The notes beneath the pieces were generated by a model. The model was not told the origin of the DNA and ran no database searches. It saw only the letters and a list, made by a program, of their open reading frames with translations. Shown here piece by piece: positions 49,386-61,446 of a stretch of DNA of 64,000 nucleotides. The DNA is from Mobula hypostoma (lineage: Eukaryota), in contig NC_086097.1 in NCBI RefSeq assembly GCF_963921235.1, forward strand, positions 187,056,001-187,120,000. The letters run 5' to 3'. The first letter of the stretch is position 1; each line of letters starts with the position of its first letter. The position numbers and the translations under genes were made by a program.

Positions 49386-52249
49386 TGGTCTACTACCTTT
49401 GATTACTATCCACAAACCACCCCAGTAATATCACTGCAAATAACAGGCTTATTTTCCTCTTTTCCCTACCTCCACATCCTGAACTAGCCACAGTCCAAGT
49501 CCATGCCTCTGACTGGTGTAACCTGGCCTTAGAAAAGGAATATTTGACACCATATTCTGCAATGCCTTTCACTTGAGTGTGCTGAATTGCTACAGAAATA
49601 AATCAGAGAAGTCATCTGCAGACAGTTTGAAAATACAAACATGAGTAGATTTTTAAAATCCATTGAGTCTATTTATTTTGTGTCAGATATTGACTGAACA
49701 GCTTTCAAAACATAGATTAATTATTTGCATATGAACAGAACAAAGGGAAACTCTTCATTTGTCAAGAATTAATTATAGTTCTCCAGAAGGAAAGATCCTT
49801 TCATTCAATATCAGTGTTGCAACTAGAATGATGCAACAGCCAATGAAATTAAATATAAATCCAAAAGCTTAATTAAAAAAAACAAACATACTTCCCTCAT
49901 TCTGTTGACACTAATGAACAAGGGCATATTAATTTGTCTAAGTCTTCAACCTTCTGTGAAAGCAATCCCTTGGGTGTGTTGAAATGAATAACAATACTTT
50001 AATTGCCTAATTACTCATTTGGGATTCAAGATAATGTGAATTGTTTTTGATAGAGAGGTAATAAAAGGCTCTCAGCAATTTTCGGATGATTGTACAAGGA
50101 AAGCTTATAGTCCAGATCTCACCAACCCAAGCTCACCAGTTTTAATTTCTGCTTCTCCCCTCCCTGTTCCAGTATTTACCTGATTTGAATACAAGGAGAT
50201 TTACTTTTATTACCCAATATGTTCCAGACTGATAATAAACAAGAAGACCCCCATCACGATATTTCCTTGAAAGCTTTCACAATTGCCAACGCATCAGCTT
50301 TATGGCCTTGAAGAAATTTTAATAGTTAAAATGTGGCAATAGAAAACCTTTTTAAAACTTCAGTATGAAGTTAGAAAGTTCCAAAATTATAAAAAATTAC
50401 TAAGTTCAACATATAAATTATAATAAAACATAAATAATTCAGGTTTTGTACTGAATGGGGAAGAAAGAAAAAAAAAACAAATTTTTTCTTTCCTTAGCTT
50501 TTCAATTGTGGCTTTACGGTTTCCAAGGGTATTTGGAATTTTGTGCCAGATCAGACTTGATGTGGAATCCAAGAGATGATTTTCCAGCAGAAATTTGAAA
50601 AAAAAAACATAAATACTTGAAATACTTCACAAGTCAGGCAACATATTTGGAGAGAGAAACAAAGGTATATTTCAGATCGATGTCCAATAACCTGTCTGGC
50701 CCAACCACATTGATGCCAGGACACAGAAAGCTCACCAGCACCCCTACTACCGCAGAGGCTAAATAAATTATACATGTTCCCTTTGATCCTCACCTATTTT
50801 TATTAATGCACCATAGAAAACATCCTATCCATTGCATCACAACTTGGTATGGCAACTGCTGTGCCCGTAACACAAGAAACTGCAGAGAGTTGTGGACACA
50901 GCTCAGCATATCACAGAAACCAGTCTCCCCTCTATGGGCTCTGTCTGCACTTAATACTGTCCAGATAAATCATAATCAAAGAACCCACACACCCCAGACA
51001 TTCTCTCTTCACCCACCTCTCAATGAGCAGAAGATACAAAAGTCTGAAAGTACGTACCTCTAGACTCAAGGACAACTGTCGTAAAACTATTGAACAGTTC
51101 ACTAGTATGATTAGTTGGAAATTTGACTTCAATCTACCTTGTTATGATCTTGTACCTAGTTGTCTACTGGCATTACACTTTCTCTGTTACACTTGTTATT
51201 TGCCCTTGTACAACCTCAATGTATTTATGCAAGGCAAGCTTTTCACTGCACCTCAGTGCATGTATCCACAATAAACCAATTTGCATACTTCATCATAACC
51301 ATTTGTACTTGTATTTTCAGGGAAATTACTTCAAGTTGAGCTCATTGGATTTGGGCATGGAGGCCTTCAAAACAGAAGAAATTTGGGCATGTTCAGTAAA
51401 TTGAAGGGGTAAAGCTATCTCTGTGAATGATGAAGCTCCTTGTTGATTCACTTGGCAGATGGCTGAACCGTTAGTTCTGTACTTCCCCCTATAGCTCTGG
51501 ATTCAGAAAATCTATCTGAGATCTCAGATTCCAGCCATTGAACAGCATTGGAGGTGTTCGATTTGTCGTTGCATGAGCAGAGTTGTGGAGAAATGTCCTC
51601 CTTGTCCATCACTTTAACGGATTTCTTGAAGGTTTGGATGAGCCAACTTTCCCTCAGAGTTTTTTGATGTGGGTGGCATATGAAAGCGTCCTATCCAGTG
51701 TCACGCCCAGGTAAATTGAAGTAGGATGGTGTTCGAGTTCCTTCCCACACCAGAAGATCTTGAGTTTCCGAGCTGCTTCGCGATTCCTCAGGTAGAATGC
51801 ACACGAGTTTTTGATGGATTTGGGTTCAGAGACCATTTTTCATAATACTGGTTCATTGCTTCGAGGACTGCTGTAAGTCATACTTCAACTTCTTGGAAGG
51901 AGTTAGCTTGTGTTGCTATGCATAGGTCGTCTAGTAGATAAATCTGCGTGTGTTAGGAAAGGTTGGTTGGTCGTTTGTGTAAACATTAAATAGTACAGGT
52001 GCCAGGACTGATCCCTGTGGTAGTCTGTGCTTATGTGGATGCCACCTACTCTTAATTCCATTCATTTCTATATAAAAACTACGATTTTCTAGGAGGCTTC
52101 TTATTACTTTGACTGTGGTTTCATTCTTTAACATTTTAGATAATTTCAGTAGAAGGCCTCTGTGATTCATAGTGTTGTATGCAGCTGTTAGGTCAACGAA
52201 TACTGCCCTTGTAATTTGTCGCACTTCAAAGCCATCCTCAATATACTGG

Positions 52250-52358
52250 AAACAACAGGAATTCTGCAGATAGGGTCTCGGCCTGAAACGTCGACTGCAC
52301 CTCTTCCTATAGATGCTGCTTGGCCTGCTGCATTCACCAGCAACTTTGATGTATGTTG
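52250..52358. mobile_element. 109-bp PLE mini-insertion within the Vingi RT
   Basis: 13-bp TSD ctcaatatactgg at 52237-52249 and 52359-52371. About 21 nt of terminus in one orientation joined to about 88 nt in the other. Excision restores TQYIEDGFE. Confidence 0.92.
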
Positions 52359-54004
52359 CTCAATATACTGGGTTAAGTTCAGGACTTGACCGCAGCAAGA
52401 GCGGCCTGGCCTGAACCCGGCTTGGTCTGGTGTTAGAAGATCTTCAACTAAAGGGGATATTCTTTTCAGTACGAGTCTCTCGTAGAGTTTATAGAGGATG
52501 CAGAGCAAGGAAATGGGTCTGTAGTTTTTAGGAATGTTGGGGTCTTTATTGGGTTTTAGGAGAGCAACCACTTTGGCTCTTCTCCACTTTTTAGGTATCT
52601 TTAATGATCTTAGGGAATAGTTAAAAAGGGACAGAAGCCAGTGGAGTGCTTTAGGTCCAAGATGTTAAAGGAATTCATTAAGAATCCCATGTATGCCAGT
52701 AGCTTTGTTGGATTTTAGCTGTGATACTTCATCCTTTAATTCTTCTAGGGTGAGAGCGGGAAGTTGTTATTCCCGTTTGAGAGAGCTGACTCCATCTCCT
52801 GATGTTGCTTTTTCTTTTGCCTCCATTCCTTGTTATTTGGTCGACTAGTTAGTATCAGTCGGCAGGCAACCTGATTGGGTGTTACGGCAGCATTTCTCTG
52901 TGGTTGTCTATTGTCTGAGTTGAGTTTCCCAACAGTTGCCCATGCCTTCTTACTGTTCTTGGTCATGTCTGTGTTTTCTATCAGTTCCTGCCAATGCTGT
53001 TGTCTCTTTTGGCTCAGTAGGGACAGACCTGACTCTCCCATTTCAATTGTGTCTTGACCAAATGGGTCTTGGTTGTATAAGTTGACATACTCATCATAAC
53101 TTTGCTTGATATCACTAGTCAATCCCTGAATATATTTGGTTCTGCAGCCTTTAGGTATGTTCTGCTGTGCTACTTTCCAGATTAGTCGGACAAATTCCTC
53201 ATAATGGTCAGGTTCTGGTGGTATGGTATTGATAAATTGATCAAGGGATTCTGCAAAAGATGTCCAATTCGCTTTTCTCATGTTAAATCTTGGTAGGTAC
53301 TTTTGGTGGTACAGGTCTCAGAACTGGAAGGGATTCTACCTGGACTGAATGATGTTGGGATTTGGGTATATGTTAGAGGACTGTTCGTGTGAAGAGGTTG
53401 GAGCTTGCCGAGGTAACAAAGGCAAGGTCTGGGTTGTATCCTTTTCTCTATCTGGCACTTGTGAAGATAGGCATGTCCTTTGACTCGTATAGTAGCTCAA
53501 GGCTGTTTAGAGCCCATGATACAACTTCTTCTCCATTTGCATCATAATCTTCATATTCCCAGTTGGTGCTATGGCTATTAAAGTCACCAATAATGAGGTA
53601 CATTTTGTCCTGGAGATCTAGGTTAGGTGGCCACATGAATGGTTCATTAGGGGGTTTGTAGACCGAGATGATACTTATGTGTTTTGTTTCAACCTTCAGA
53701 AGTTCCATTGAGCCAGCTTGGATGTTTGCTGTGCTCATTACTATCGATTTATCTTAAACAAAGATTGCACTTCCATAAGTTTGGCTAGGGGTGTCAATAG
53801 CCAAGTGCATTCCTGGCACATGGGGTTGGTTGCTCAGCCTACGAATTTCTTGTATGCACAAGATGTCTGGTTTTAAGTTTGCCAGGATTTCTGCTTTACT
53901 GTGGCTGAAGCCTTCGATGTTGTTGCTAACGAATTTCATGATTTCCAGTGGGCCGAGAGTTTATCCTTTTACCACCCACTGGATCACTTGGTCTGGCGCG
54001 TAAT

Positions 54005-54066
54005 GTCAGGATTGGCCTGCTTTCGGATTAACAGGGTCATGGCGTGAACGTTCCTGACTCGACCCC
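54005..54066 (-). ncRNA. Candidate HDV/CPEB3-like self-cleaving ribozyme at the LINE 5' end
   Basis: GGGGUC GA GUCAGGA ACG UUCACGC CAU GACCCU GU UAAUCCGAAAGCAG GCCAA UCCUGAC: P1, P2, P3/L3, P1.1 and J4/2 in nested double-pseudoknot order. Confidence 0.8.
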
Positions 54067-55135
54067 AGGATAAGCCAATGATTGGGTAGAAATGCAGACA
54101 AGGCAAAGAGCTAAATTGTACCACAGAGGCAAAATTCAAAAGGATGAAGAATGCATAGCATTCGGAATAAGGTGGATGAACATGTGGCGCAATTAGAGAT
54201 TGGTTGGTATGACATTGTGGGCATCATGGATTCGAAGCTGAAGAAGGCCATAGTTGGGAGCTTAACATAAAAGGACAAAATAATTTGCAGATATTGGGTT
54301 TCGTGTGTTGTGAGTGTAACATCAAAGTATATAATTTGTATCAAAAGGACAAGTAGGAAGGCATAGGTGGTGGTGTGGCTCTGTTGGTAAGAGATGGAAT
54401 TATATATATAGAAAGGGGTGACATAGGGTCAGAGAATGATTATTCTTTGTGGGTGGAGTTAAGAAACTGCAAGGGTGGAAAAAAAATTATGGGAATCATA
54501 TATGGCCTCCAAATGGTAGCTAAGATGTGGGGTTAAGATTGCAAAGGGAACTGGAAAAGACATAGAGTAAGGCTAATGACAAAATTGGAGGACTTCAATA
54601 TGCATTGGGATTAGGAAAATCAGGTTGGTGGTGGATTGCAAGAGAGGGAATTTGATGAATGCCTATGAGATGGCTTTTTAGAGAAGCTTGTGCTTGAGCC
54701 TACTCGGGGAAAGGCTATCTTAGATTGGGTGTTGTGTAATAACTCAGATCTTATTAGGGAGCTTAATTAAAATAACCCTTAGGAGGCAGTGATCACAATA
54801 TGATGAACTCATACTGCAATTTAAGAGGGAGAAGCATAAGTCAGATGTATCAGTATCGCAATGGAATAAAGGGAATTACAGAGGCATGAAAGAGGAGCTT
54901 GCCTAGGTGGATTGGAGGAGGATACTGGCGGGGATTAAGGCTGAGTAGAAAAGGCTGAAGTTTCTTTCTTTCTTTCTTTTTAAAACTTTTTATTGAATAA
55001 GTATACAAAGGGTAAACCATAAAGGCACTAATACACTGTTAGAAATTACAGGAGATATTAATACAGAAGAAAAAATTGATACAAACAGTGCAATGTAAAC
55101 ATAAAATAATATGGTAAAATAATAGTATACTGGTT

Positions 55136-55172
<37 letters not shown>

Positions 55173-57026
55173 AAGGAAAAAAAAACCCAAAAAAAGACCC
55201 CCCAAAAAAACCCACCGTGCAACTAAACTAAAAGCAAAGCAAAGCAATGGGCTAACTTGGAAACAGGTAGAGATAAAGAACCTAAAATCACGTCCTCAAA
55301 CCCGACCTCCATTAAAAACAGTTAAAAAAAAGGCAAGAAGGGAATATAAATATGGAACAAAAGAGAAAAAAAATTACATTAAATGAAAATATTGAATAAA
55401 AGATCTCCAGGTCTGTTCAAATTTAAGTGAGGAATCATAAAGATTACTTCTAATTTTCTCCAAATTTAAGCATAATATCGTCTGGGAAAACCAAAAAAAG
55501 GTAGTTGGAGCATTAGGCTCTTTCCAATGTTGTAAGATACATCTTTTCGCCATTAAAGTAAGAAATGCAATCATTCTACGGGCTGAAGGGGAAAGATTAC
55601 TGGAAATTTTAGGTAATCCAAACATAGCAGTAATAGGATGAGGAGAAATATCTATATTCAATACCTTTGAGATAATATTAAAAATGTCTCTCCAAAAAGT
55701 TTCCAGAGTAGGACAAGACCAAAACATATGAGTTAAAGAAGCTATCTGCCCGGGACATCTATCACAAAAAGGATTAATATGAGAATAGAAACGAGCTAAT
55801 TTATCTTTGGACATATGTGCTCTATGAACAACTTTAAATTGAATTAGGGAATGTTTAGCACAGATAGAGAAAGTATTGACTAATTGTAAAATCTGCCCCC
55901 AGTCATCCACGGAAATAATAGAACCCAATTCTTGTTCCCAATCTGACCTAATCTTATCAAATGGAGCTTTCCTAAGTTTCATAATAATATTATAAATAAT
56001 AGCCGTTACACCTTTCTGACATGGATTAAGGTTAATTATAGTATCTAAAATATATGTAGGAGGTAGCATTGGAAAGGAAGAGAGTATAGTACTTAGGAAA
56101 TTTCTAACTTGGAGAGATCTAAAAAAATGTATTCTTGGTAACTTATATTTATTAGATAATTGTTCAAAAGACATAAGGGAACCATCTAAAAATAAATCCA
56201 AAAACCGTGAAATACCCTTAGTCTTCCAAATTTGAAACGCACGATCCGTGAAAGAGGGAGGAAAAATATGTTACCTAAAATAGGGATCGCTAGCCCAAAT
56301 TGGTTGAGATCAAAAAATTTTCTGAATTGAAACCAAATACGCAAGGTATACTTAACTATCGGGTTAGAGACCAGTTTAAGGCGTTTCAAATCAAAAGGAA
56401 GAGAGGAACCTAAAATAGAGCCAAGTGCATAGCCCTGAGCAGATTGTAATTCCAATACTACCCATTTAGGAATGGATAGTGTATCTTGGTCAAGTAACCA
56501 AAATTTCATATGTCGAATATTAATTGCCCAATAATAGAATCTAAAGTTAGGTAATGCTAGACCTCCATCTCTCTTGGCTTTCTGTAAATGTATTTTACCC
56601 AATCTCGGGTTATTATTTTACCAAATAAATGAAGAAATTTTAGAGTCAACTTTATCAAAAAAAGATTTTGGAACAAAAATCAGTAATGCCTGAAATATAT
56701 ATAAAAATTTTGGCAGAATAAACAACTGCATTAATACGACCAATCAAAGTTAAATGTAATGTAAACAACAGGAATTCTGCAGATGCTGGAAATTCAAGCA
56801 ACATACATCAAAGTTGCTGGTGAACGCAGCAGGCCAAGCAGCATCTATAGGAAGAGGCGCAGTCGACGTTTCAGGCCGAGGTCCGGGAAGAAAGACGGGG
56901 GGGGGGGTGACCCAGAGGATGGGCAAGAGGTATATTCAGAGGGACAGAGGGAGAAAAAGGAGAGTGAGAGAAAGAATGTGTGCATAAAAATGAGTAACAG
57001 ATGGGGTACGAGGGGGAGGTGGGGCC

Positions 57027-58650
57027 TTAGCGGAAGTTAAAGAAGTCGATGTTCATGCCATCGGGTTGGAGGCTACCCAGACGGAATATAAGGTGTTGTT
57101 CCTCCAACCTGAGTGTGGCTTCATCTTTACAGTAGAGGAGGCCGTGGATAGACATGTCAGAATGGGAATGGGATGTGGAATTAAAATGTGTGGCCACTGG
57201 GAGATCCTGCTTTCTCTGGCGGACAGAGCGTAGATGTTCAGCAAAGCGGTCTCCCAGTCTGCATCGGGTCTCACCAATATATAAAAGGCCACATCGGGAG
57301 CACCGGACGCAGTATATCACCCCAGTCAACTCACAGGTGAAGTGATGCCTCACCTGGAAGGACTGTTTGGGGCCCTGAATGGTGGTAAGGGAGGAAGTGT
57401 AAGGGCATGTGTAGCACTTGTTCCGCTTACACGGATAAGTGCCAGGAGGGAGATCAGTGGGGAGGGATTGGGGGGACGAATGGACAAGGGAGTTGTGTAG
57501 GGAGCGATCCCTGCGGAATGCAGAGAGAGGGGGGGAGGGGAAGATGTGCTTAGTGGTGGGATCCCGTTGGAGGTGGCGGAAGTTACAGAGAATAATATGT
57601 TGGACCCGGAGGCTGGTGGGGTGGTAGGTGAGGACCAGGGGAACCCTATTCCTAGTGGGGTGGTGGGAGGATGGAGTGAGAGCAGATGTACGTGAAATGG
57701 GGGAGATGCGTTTAAGAGCAGAGTTGATAGTGGAGGAAGGGAAGCCCCTTTCTTTAAAAAAGGAAGATATCTCCCTCGTCCTAGAATGAAAAGCCTCATC
57801 CTGAGAGCAGATGCGGCGGAGACGGAGGAATTGCGAGAAGGGGATGGCGTTTTTGCAAGAGACAGGGTGAGAAGAGGAATAGTCCAGATAGCTGTGAGAG
57901 TCAGTAGGTTTATAGTAGACATCAGTGGATAAGCTGTCTCCAGAGACAGAGACAGAAAGACCTAGAAAGGGGAGGGAGGTGTCGGAAATGGACCGGGTAA
58001 ACTTGAGGGCAGGGTGAAAGTTGGAGGCAAAGTTAATAAAGTCAACGAGTTCTGCATGCGTGCAGGAAGCAGCGCCAATGCAGTCGTCGATGTAGCGAAG
58101 GAAAAGTGGGGGACAGATACCAGAATAGGCACGGAACATAGATTGTTCCACAAACCCAACAAAAAGGCAGGCATAGCTAGGACCCATACGGGTGCCCATA
58201 GCTACACCTTTAGTTTGGAGGAAATGGGAGGAGCAAAAGGAGAAATTATTAAGAGTAAGGACTAATTCCGCTAGACGGAGCAGAGTGGTGGTAGAGAGGA
58301 ACTGATTAGGTCTGGAATCCAAAAAGAAGCGTAGAGCTTTGAGACCTTCCTGATGGGGGATGGAAGTATATAAGGACTGGACATCCATGGTGAAAATAAA
58401 GCGGTGGGGGCCAGGGAACTTAAAATCATCGAAAAGTTTAGGAGCGTGAGAAGTGTCACGAACATAGGTCGGAAGGGATTGAACAAGGGGTGATAAAACA
58501 GTGTCGAGGTATGCAGAAACGAGTTCGGTGGGGCAGGAGCAAGCTGAGACAATAGGTCGGCCAGGACAGGCAGGTTTGTGGACCTTGGGTAGGAGGTAGA
58601 AACGGGAAGTGCGGGGTGTGGGAACTATAAGGTTGGTAGCAGTGGATGGG
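57027..58650 (-). CDS. PLE reverse transcriptase + GIY-YIG endonuclease (N-terminally truncated, uninterrupted ~540 codons)
   Basis: LLPKVHK, GRPIVS, DVQSLYTSIP, GVAMGT, RYIDD, YYKPT, then CX2C and VIYCVRCSRCGLLYIGET..RFAEH. Confidence 0.92.
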
Positions 58651-58967
58651 ACCGACTTTATCCGCTCAGGGGATCTCCCATCCACTCGTACCCCATCTGT
58701 TACTCATTTTTATGCACACATTCTTTCTCTCACTCTCCTTTTTCTCCCTCTGTCCCTCTGAATAAACCTCTTGCCCATCCTCTGGGTCACCCCCCGCTCC
58801 TTGTCTTTCTTCCCGGACCTCCTGTCCCATGATCCTCTCGTATCCCCTTTTGCCTATCACCTGTCCAGCTCTCGGCTCTATCCCTCCCCCTCCTGTCTTC
58901 TCCTATCATTTTGCATCTCCCCCTCCCCCTCCAGCTTTCAAATCCCTTACTCACTCTTCCTTCAGTT

Positions 58968-59003
58968 AGTCCTGACGAAGGGTCTCGGCCTGAAACGTCG
59001 ACT
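58968..59003 (+). ncRNA. Minimal type I hammerhead ribozyme in PLE terminal repeat
   Basis: agtc CTGACGA agg-gtctcgg-cct GAAA cgtc gact: intact core, stem I agtc/gact, stem II agg/cct, palindromic ACGT stem III, GUC cleavage triplet. Confidence 0.85.
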
Positions 59004-61446
59004 GCGCCTCTTCCTATAGATGCTGCTTGGCCTGCTGCGTTCACCAGCAACTTAAAATATAATGTAAACCATTTAGATGAAAGTTAAGTAATATGATCAA
59101 TTAAGGGTAAAAAATTAGTCTTAAATAAATCTTTGTATTTACAAGTAATTTTAATCCCAAGATATGAGAAATAATTATTAATCAATTTAAATGGAAAGTT
59201 TTGATACAAGGGAAGTTGTTTATTAATCGGAAAGAAGTTTCTGAAAATAGATCACAAGGCACAGGATAGATATGTCCCACAGAGGAAGAAGTTCTTAAAT
59301 GGCAGGTTTAGGTAACCATGGCTGACAAAGGAAGTTAAGGACTTCATAAAAGCCAAGGAAAGGGCATATAAGGTAGCAAAAGTGAGTGGGATATTGGATG
59401 ATCGGGAGGCTTTTAAAATTCAACAAAAGGCAAAGAAAAAACCTATAAAAAGAGAAACGATGAAATGTGCAGGCAGACTAGCCAATAATATAAAGCAGGA
59501 TACCAAAAGTTTTTCAGTTATATGAAGAGGAATAGGGAGGTGAGAATTGATATTGGACCACTGGAAAATGATGCTGGTGAGGTAGTAATTTGGGACAAAG
59601 AAATGACAGATGAACTTAGTGGGTACTTTGCATTCCTCTTCACTGTGGAAGACACTAGCAGTGTGACAGTGGTCCGTGAGTGTCAGGAATCAGGTGTGAG
59701 TGTCATTGCTATTACAAAGGAAAAAGTGCCAAGCAAACTCAAAGGTCTTAAGGTGAATAAATCACATGGGCCAGATGGACTACATCCCAGAGTCCTGAGA
59801 GAGGTTGCTGAAGAAATAATAGATGCAGGTTATGATCTTTCAAGAATCACTTGATTCTGCATGGTCCATGAGGACTGGAGGATTGCAAATGTCACTTCAC
59901 TCTTTAAGAAGAGTGAAGACAAAAGAAAGGAAATTATAGGCCAGTTAGCCTAACCTCAGTGGCTGGGAAAGTGTTGGAGTCTATTCTTAAGGATGGGGTT
60001 TTGGGGTGTTTGGAGACTAATGATAAAATAAGTCAAAGTCAGCAGGGTTATGTGAAGGGAAATCTTACCTGATAAATCTGTTAGAGTTCGCCGAGGAAGG
60101 AGCAAGCAGGGTGGACAAAGGAGAGGCAATGGATATCATTTACTTGGATTTTCAGAAGGCATTTTATAGGGTGCCACACATGAGGTTGCTTAAGAAGATA
60201 AAAACCTATGGCATTACAGGAAAGATCTTGGCATGGATAGCAGAATGGCTGACAGGCAAGTGGCAGCAAGTGGAATAAAAGGGGCCTTTTCTGTTTGGCT
60301 GTCAGCGACTAGTGGTGTTCTTCAAGGGTCAGTATTTGGTCTGCTACTTTTCATTGTTTGTCAGTAATTTAGATAATGGAAGTGATGGCTTTGTGGCAAA
60401 GTTTGAAGATGATGCAAAGACAGGTGGAGGGGTAGGTAGTGCTGAGGAAGCAATGCCATTGTAGAACGGCTTAGACGAATTGGAATAGGCAAAAAAGTGG
60501 CAGATGGAATATAGTGTTGGGAAATGTATGATAATACATTTTGGTAAAAGCAAGAATAGCATGAACTATTATCAAAATGGGGAGAAGGTTCAAACATCAA
60601 AGGTGCAGAGGGACTTAGGAGTCCTTGTGCAAGTCTCCCAGAAGGTTAATTTACAGGTTGAGTCTGTGGTAAAGAAGTCAAATGCAGTCTTGACATTTAT
60701 TTCAAGAGAAATAGAATATAAAAGCAAGGAGATAATGCTGAGCCTTTATAAGATGCTAGTTAGGCCACACTTAGAGTATTGTCAACAGTTTAGGGCCCCA
60801 TATCTCAGAAACAATGGGTCGTCATTGGACAGAGTCCAGAGGAGGTTCACGAGGATGATTACAAGAAGGAAGGGGTTAACATATGAGGATTGTTGGGCAG
60901 CTTTGGGCCTGTACCTGCTGGAATTTATAAGAATGCATAGGGATCTCATTGAAACCTACCGAATTTTGAAAGGACTAGATAGGGTAGATGTGGAGAGAAT
61001 GTTTCCTATGGTGGGGGTATCCAGAACTAGAGGGCACAGCCTCAAAATTGAGGGGTGTCCCTTTGGAACAGGGGTAAGGAGGAATTTTTTTTAACCAGAG
61101 CGTAGCAAATCTGTGGGATGTTCTGCCGCAGACTGCAAATCCATGCCTATATTTAAGGCAGAAGTTGATCGTTTGATTAGTCAGCACTTCAAGGGACATG
61201 ACAAGAAGGCAGGTGTATGGGGTTGAGTGGGATTCAGGATCAGCTATGGTGGAATGGTGGCGCAGATTTGATGGGCTGAATGGCCTCATTCTGCTCCTAT
61301 CTTATGGTATCAGCTGCAGTTCTGTGCATCCTGAGGTGGCAGCTGAGTCCAATGTGAACCTCGCAGATTATTCCACAGTTAATTTGTAATTGGTTTATTA
61401 TTGTGACATGTAATGAGATACAATGAAAAACCTTGCTTTGAAATGA

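Larger units (their letters stand above)
51500..54066 (-). mobile_element. Vingi/Ingi-clade LINE with intact-looking 5' end, single APE-RT ORF now disrupted, 3' part internally deleted
   Basis: SNNIEG..LCIQE, SVYKPPN..IGDFNSHS (APE). NYRPISLL, DQAGFRPGRSCCGQVLNLTQYIE[insert]DGFE..AVFVDLTAAY, LPQGSVLAPVLFNVYTND, YLGVTLDRTL (RT). Short 5' UTR, no ORF1. Confidence 0.8.
56764..59052 (-). mobile_element. Penelope-like element, 5'-truncated, with inverted terminal-repeat copies
   Basis: Terminal repeats at 56764-57026 (minus) and 58687-59052 (plus). Flanking duplication aaat(g/a)taatgtaaac at 56752-56766 and 59055-59069. Confidence 0.93.
54966..59233 (-). mobile_element. L1-clade LINE, 5'-truncated, split by a PLE
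   Basis: GGLALPNFRFYYWA, CDRC..HMFWSC (CCHC). AATAAA plus (AAAG)n/A tail at about 54966-54995. TSD gaagtttct at 54957-54965 and 59234-59242. Confidence 0.9.
54085..61310 (+). mobile_element. Near full-length CR1 ORF2 (54085-54965 and 59234-61310) split by an L1 insertion
   Basis: APE region 54150-54900. ORFs 59522-59854 and 60504-61094 are CR1 RT. 3' UTR ends cctatcttatggt. Confidence 0.9.

Noticed and set aside
53930..53990. Possible 2A (StopGo) peptide before the Vingi APE, as found in some Ingi-clade elements
   Set aside because: The in-frame sequence is stop-T-L-G-P-L-E-I-M. There is no D(V/I)ExNPGP motif.
55143..55169. (TA)n tract as an independent feature
   Set aside because: It is a simple repeat within the L1 3' UTR.
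57027..58685. 552-aa ORF as a complete protein or domesticated gene
   Set aside because: Its first ~12 codons come from the inverted junction piece. The PLE ORF is 5'-truncated, and a near-identical copy exists at 61447-62470.
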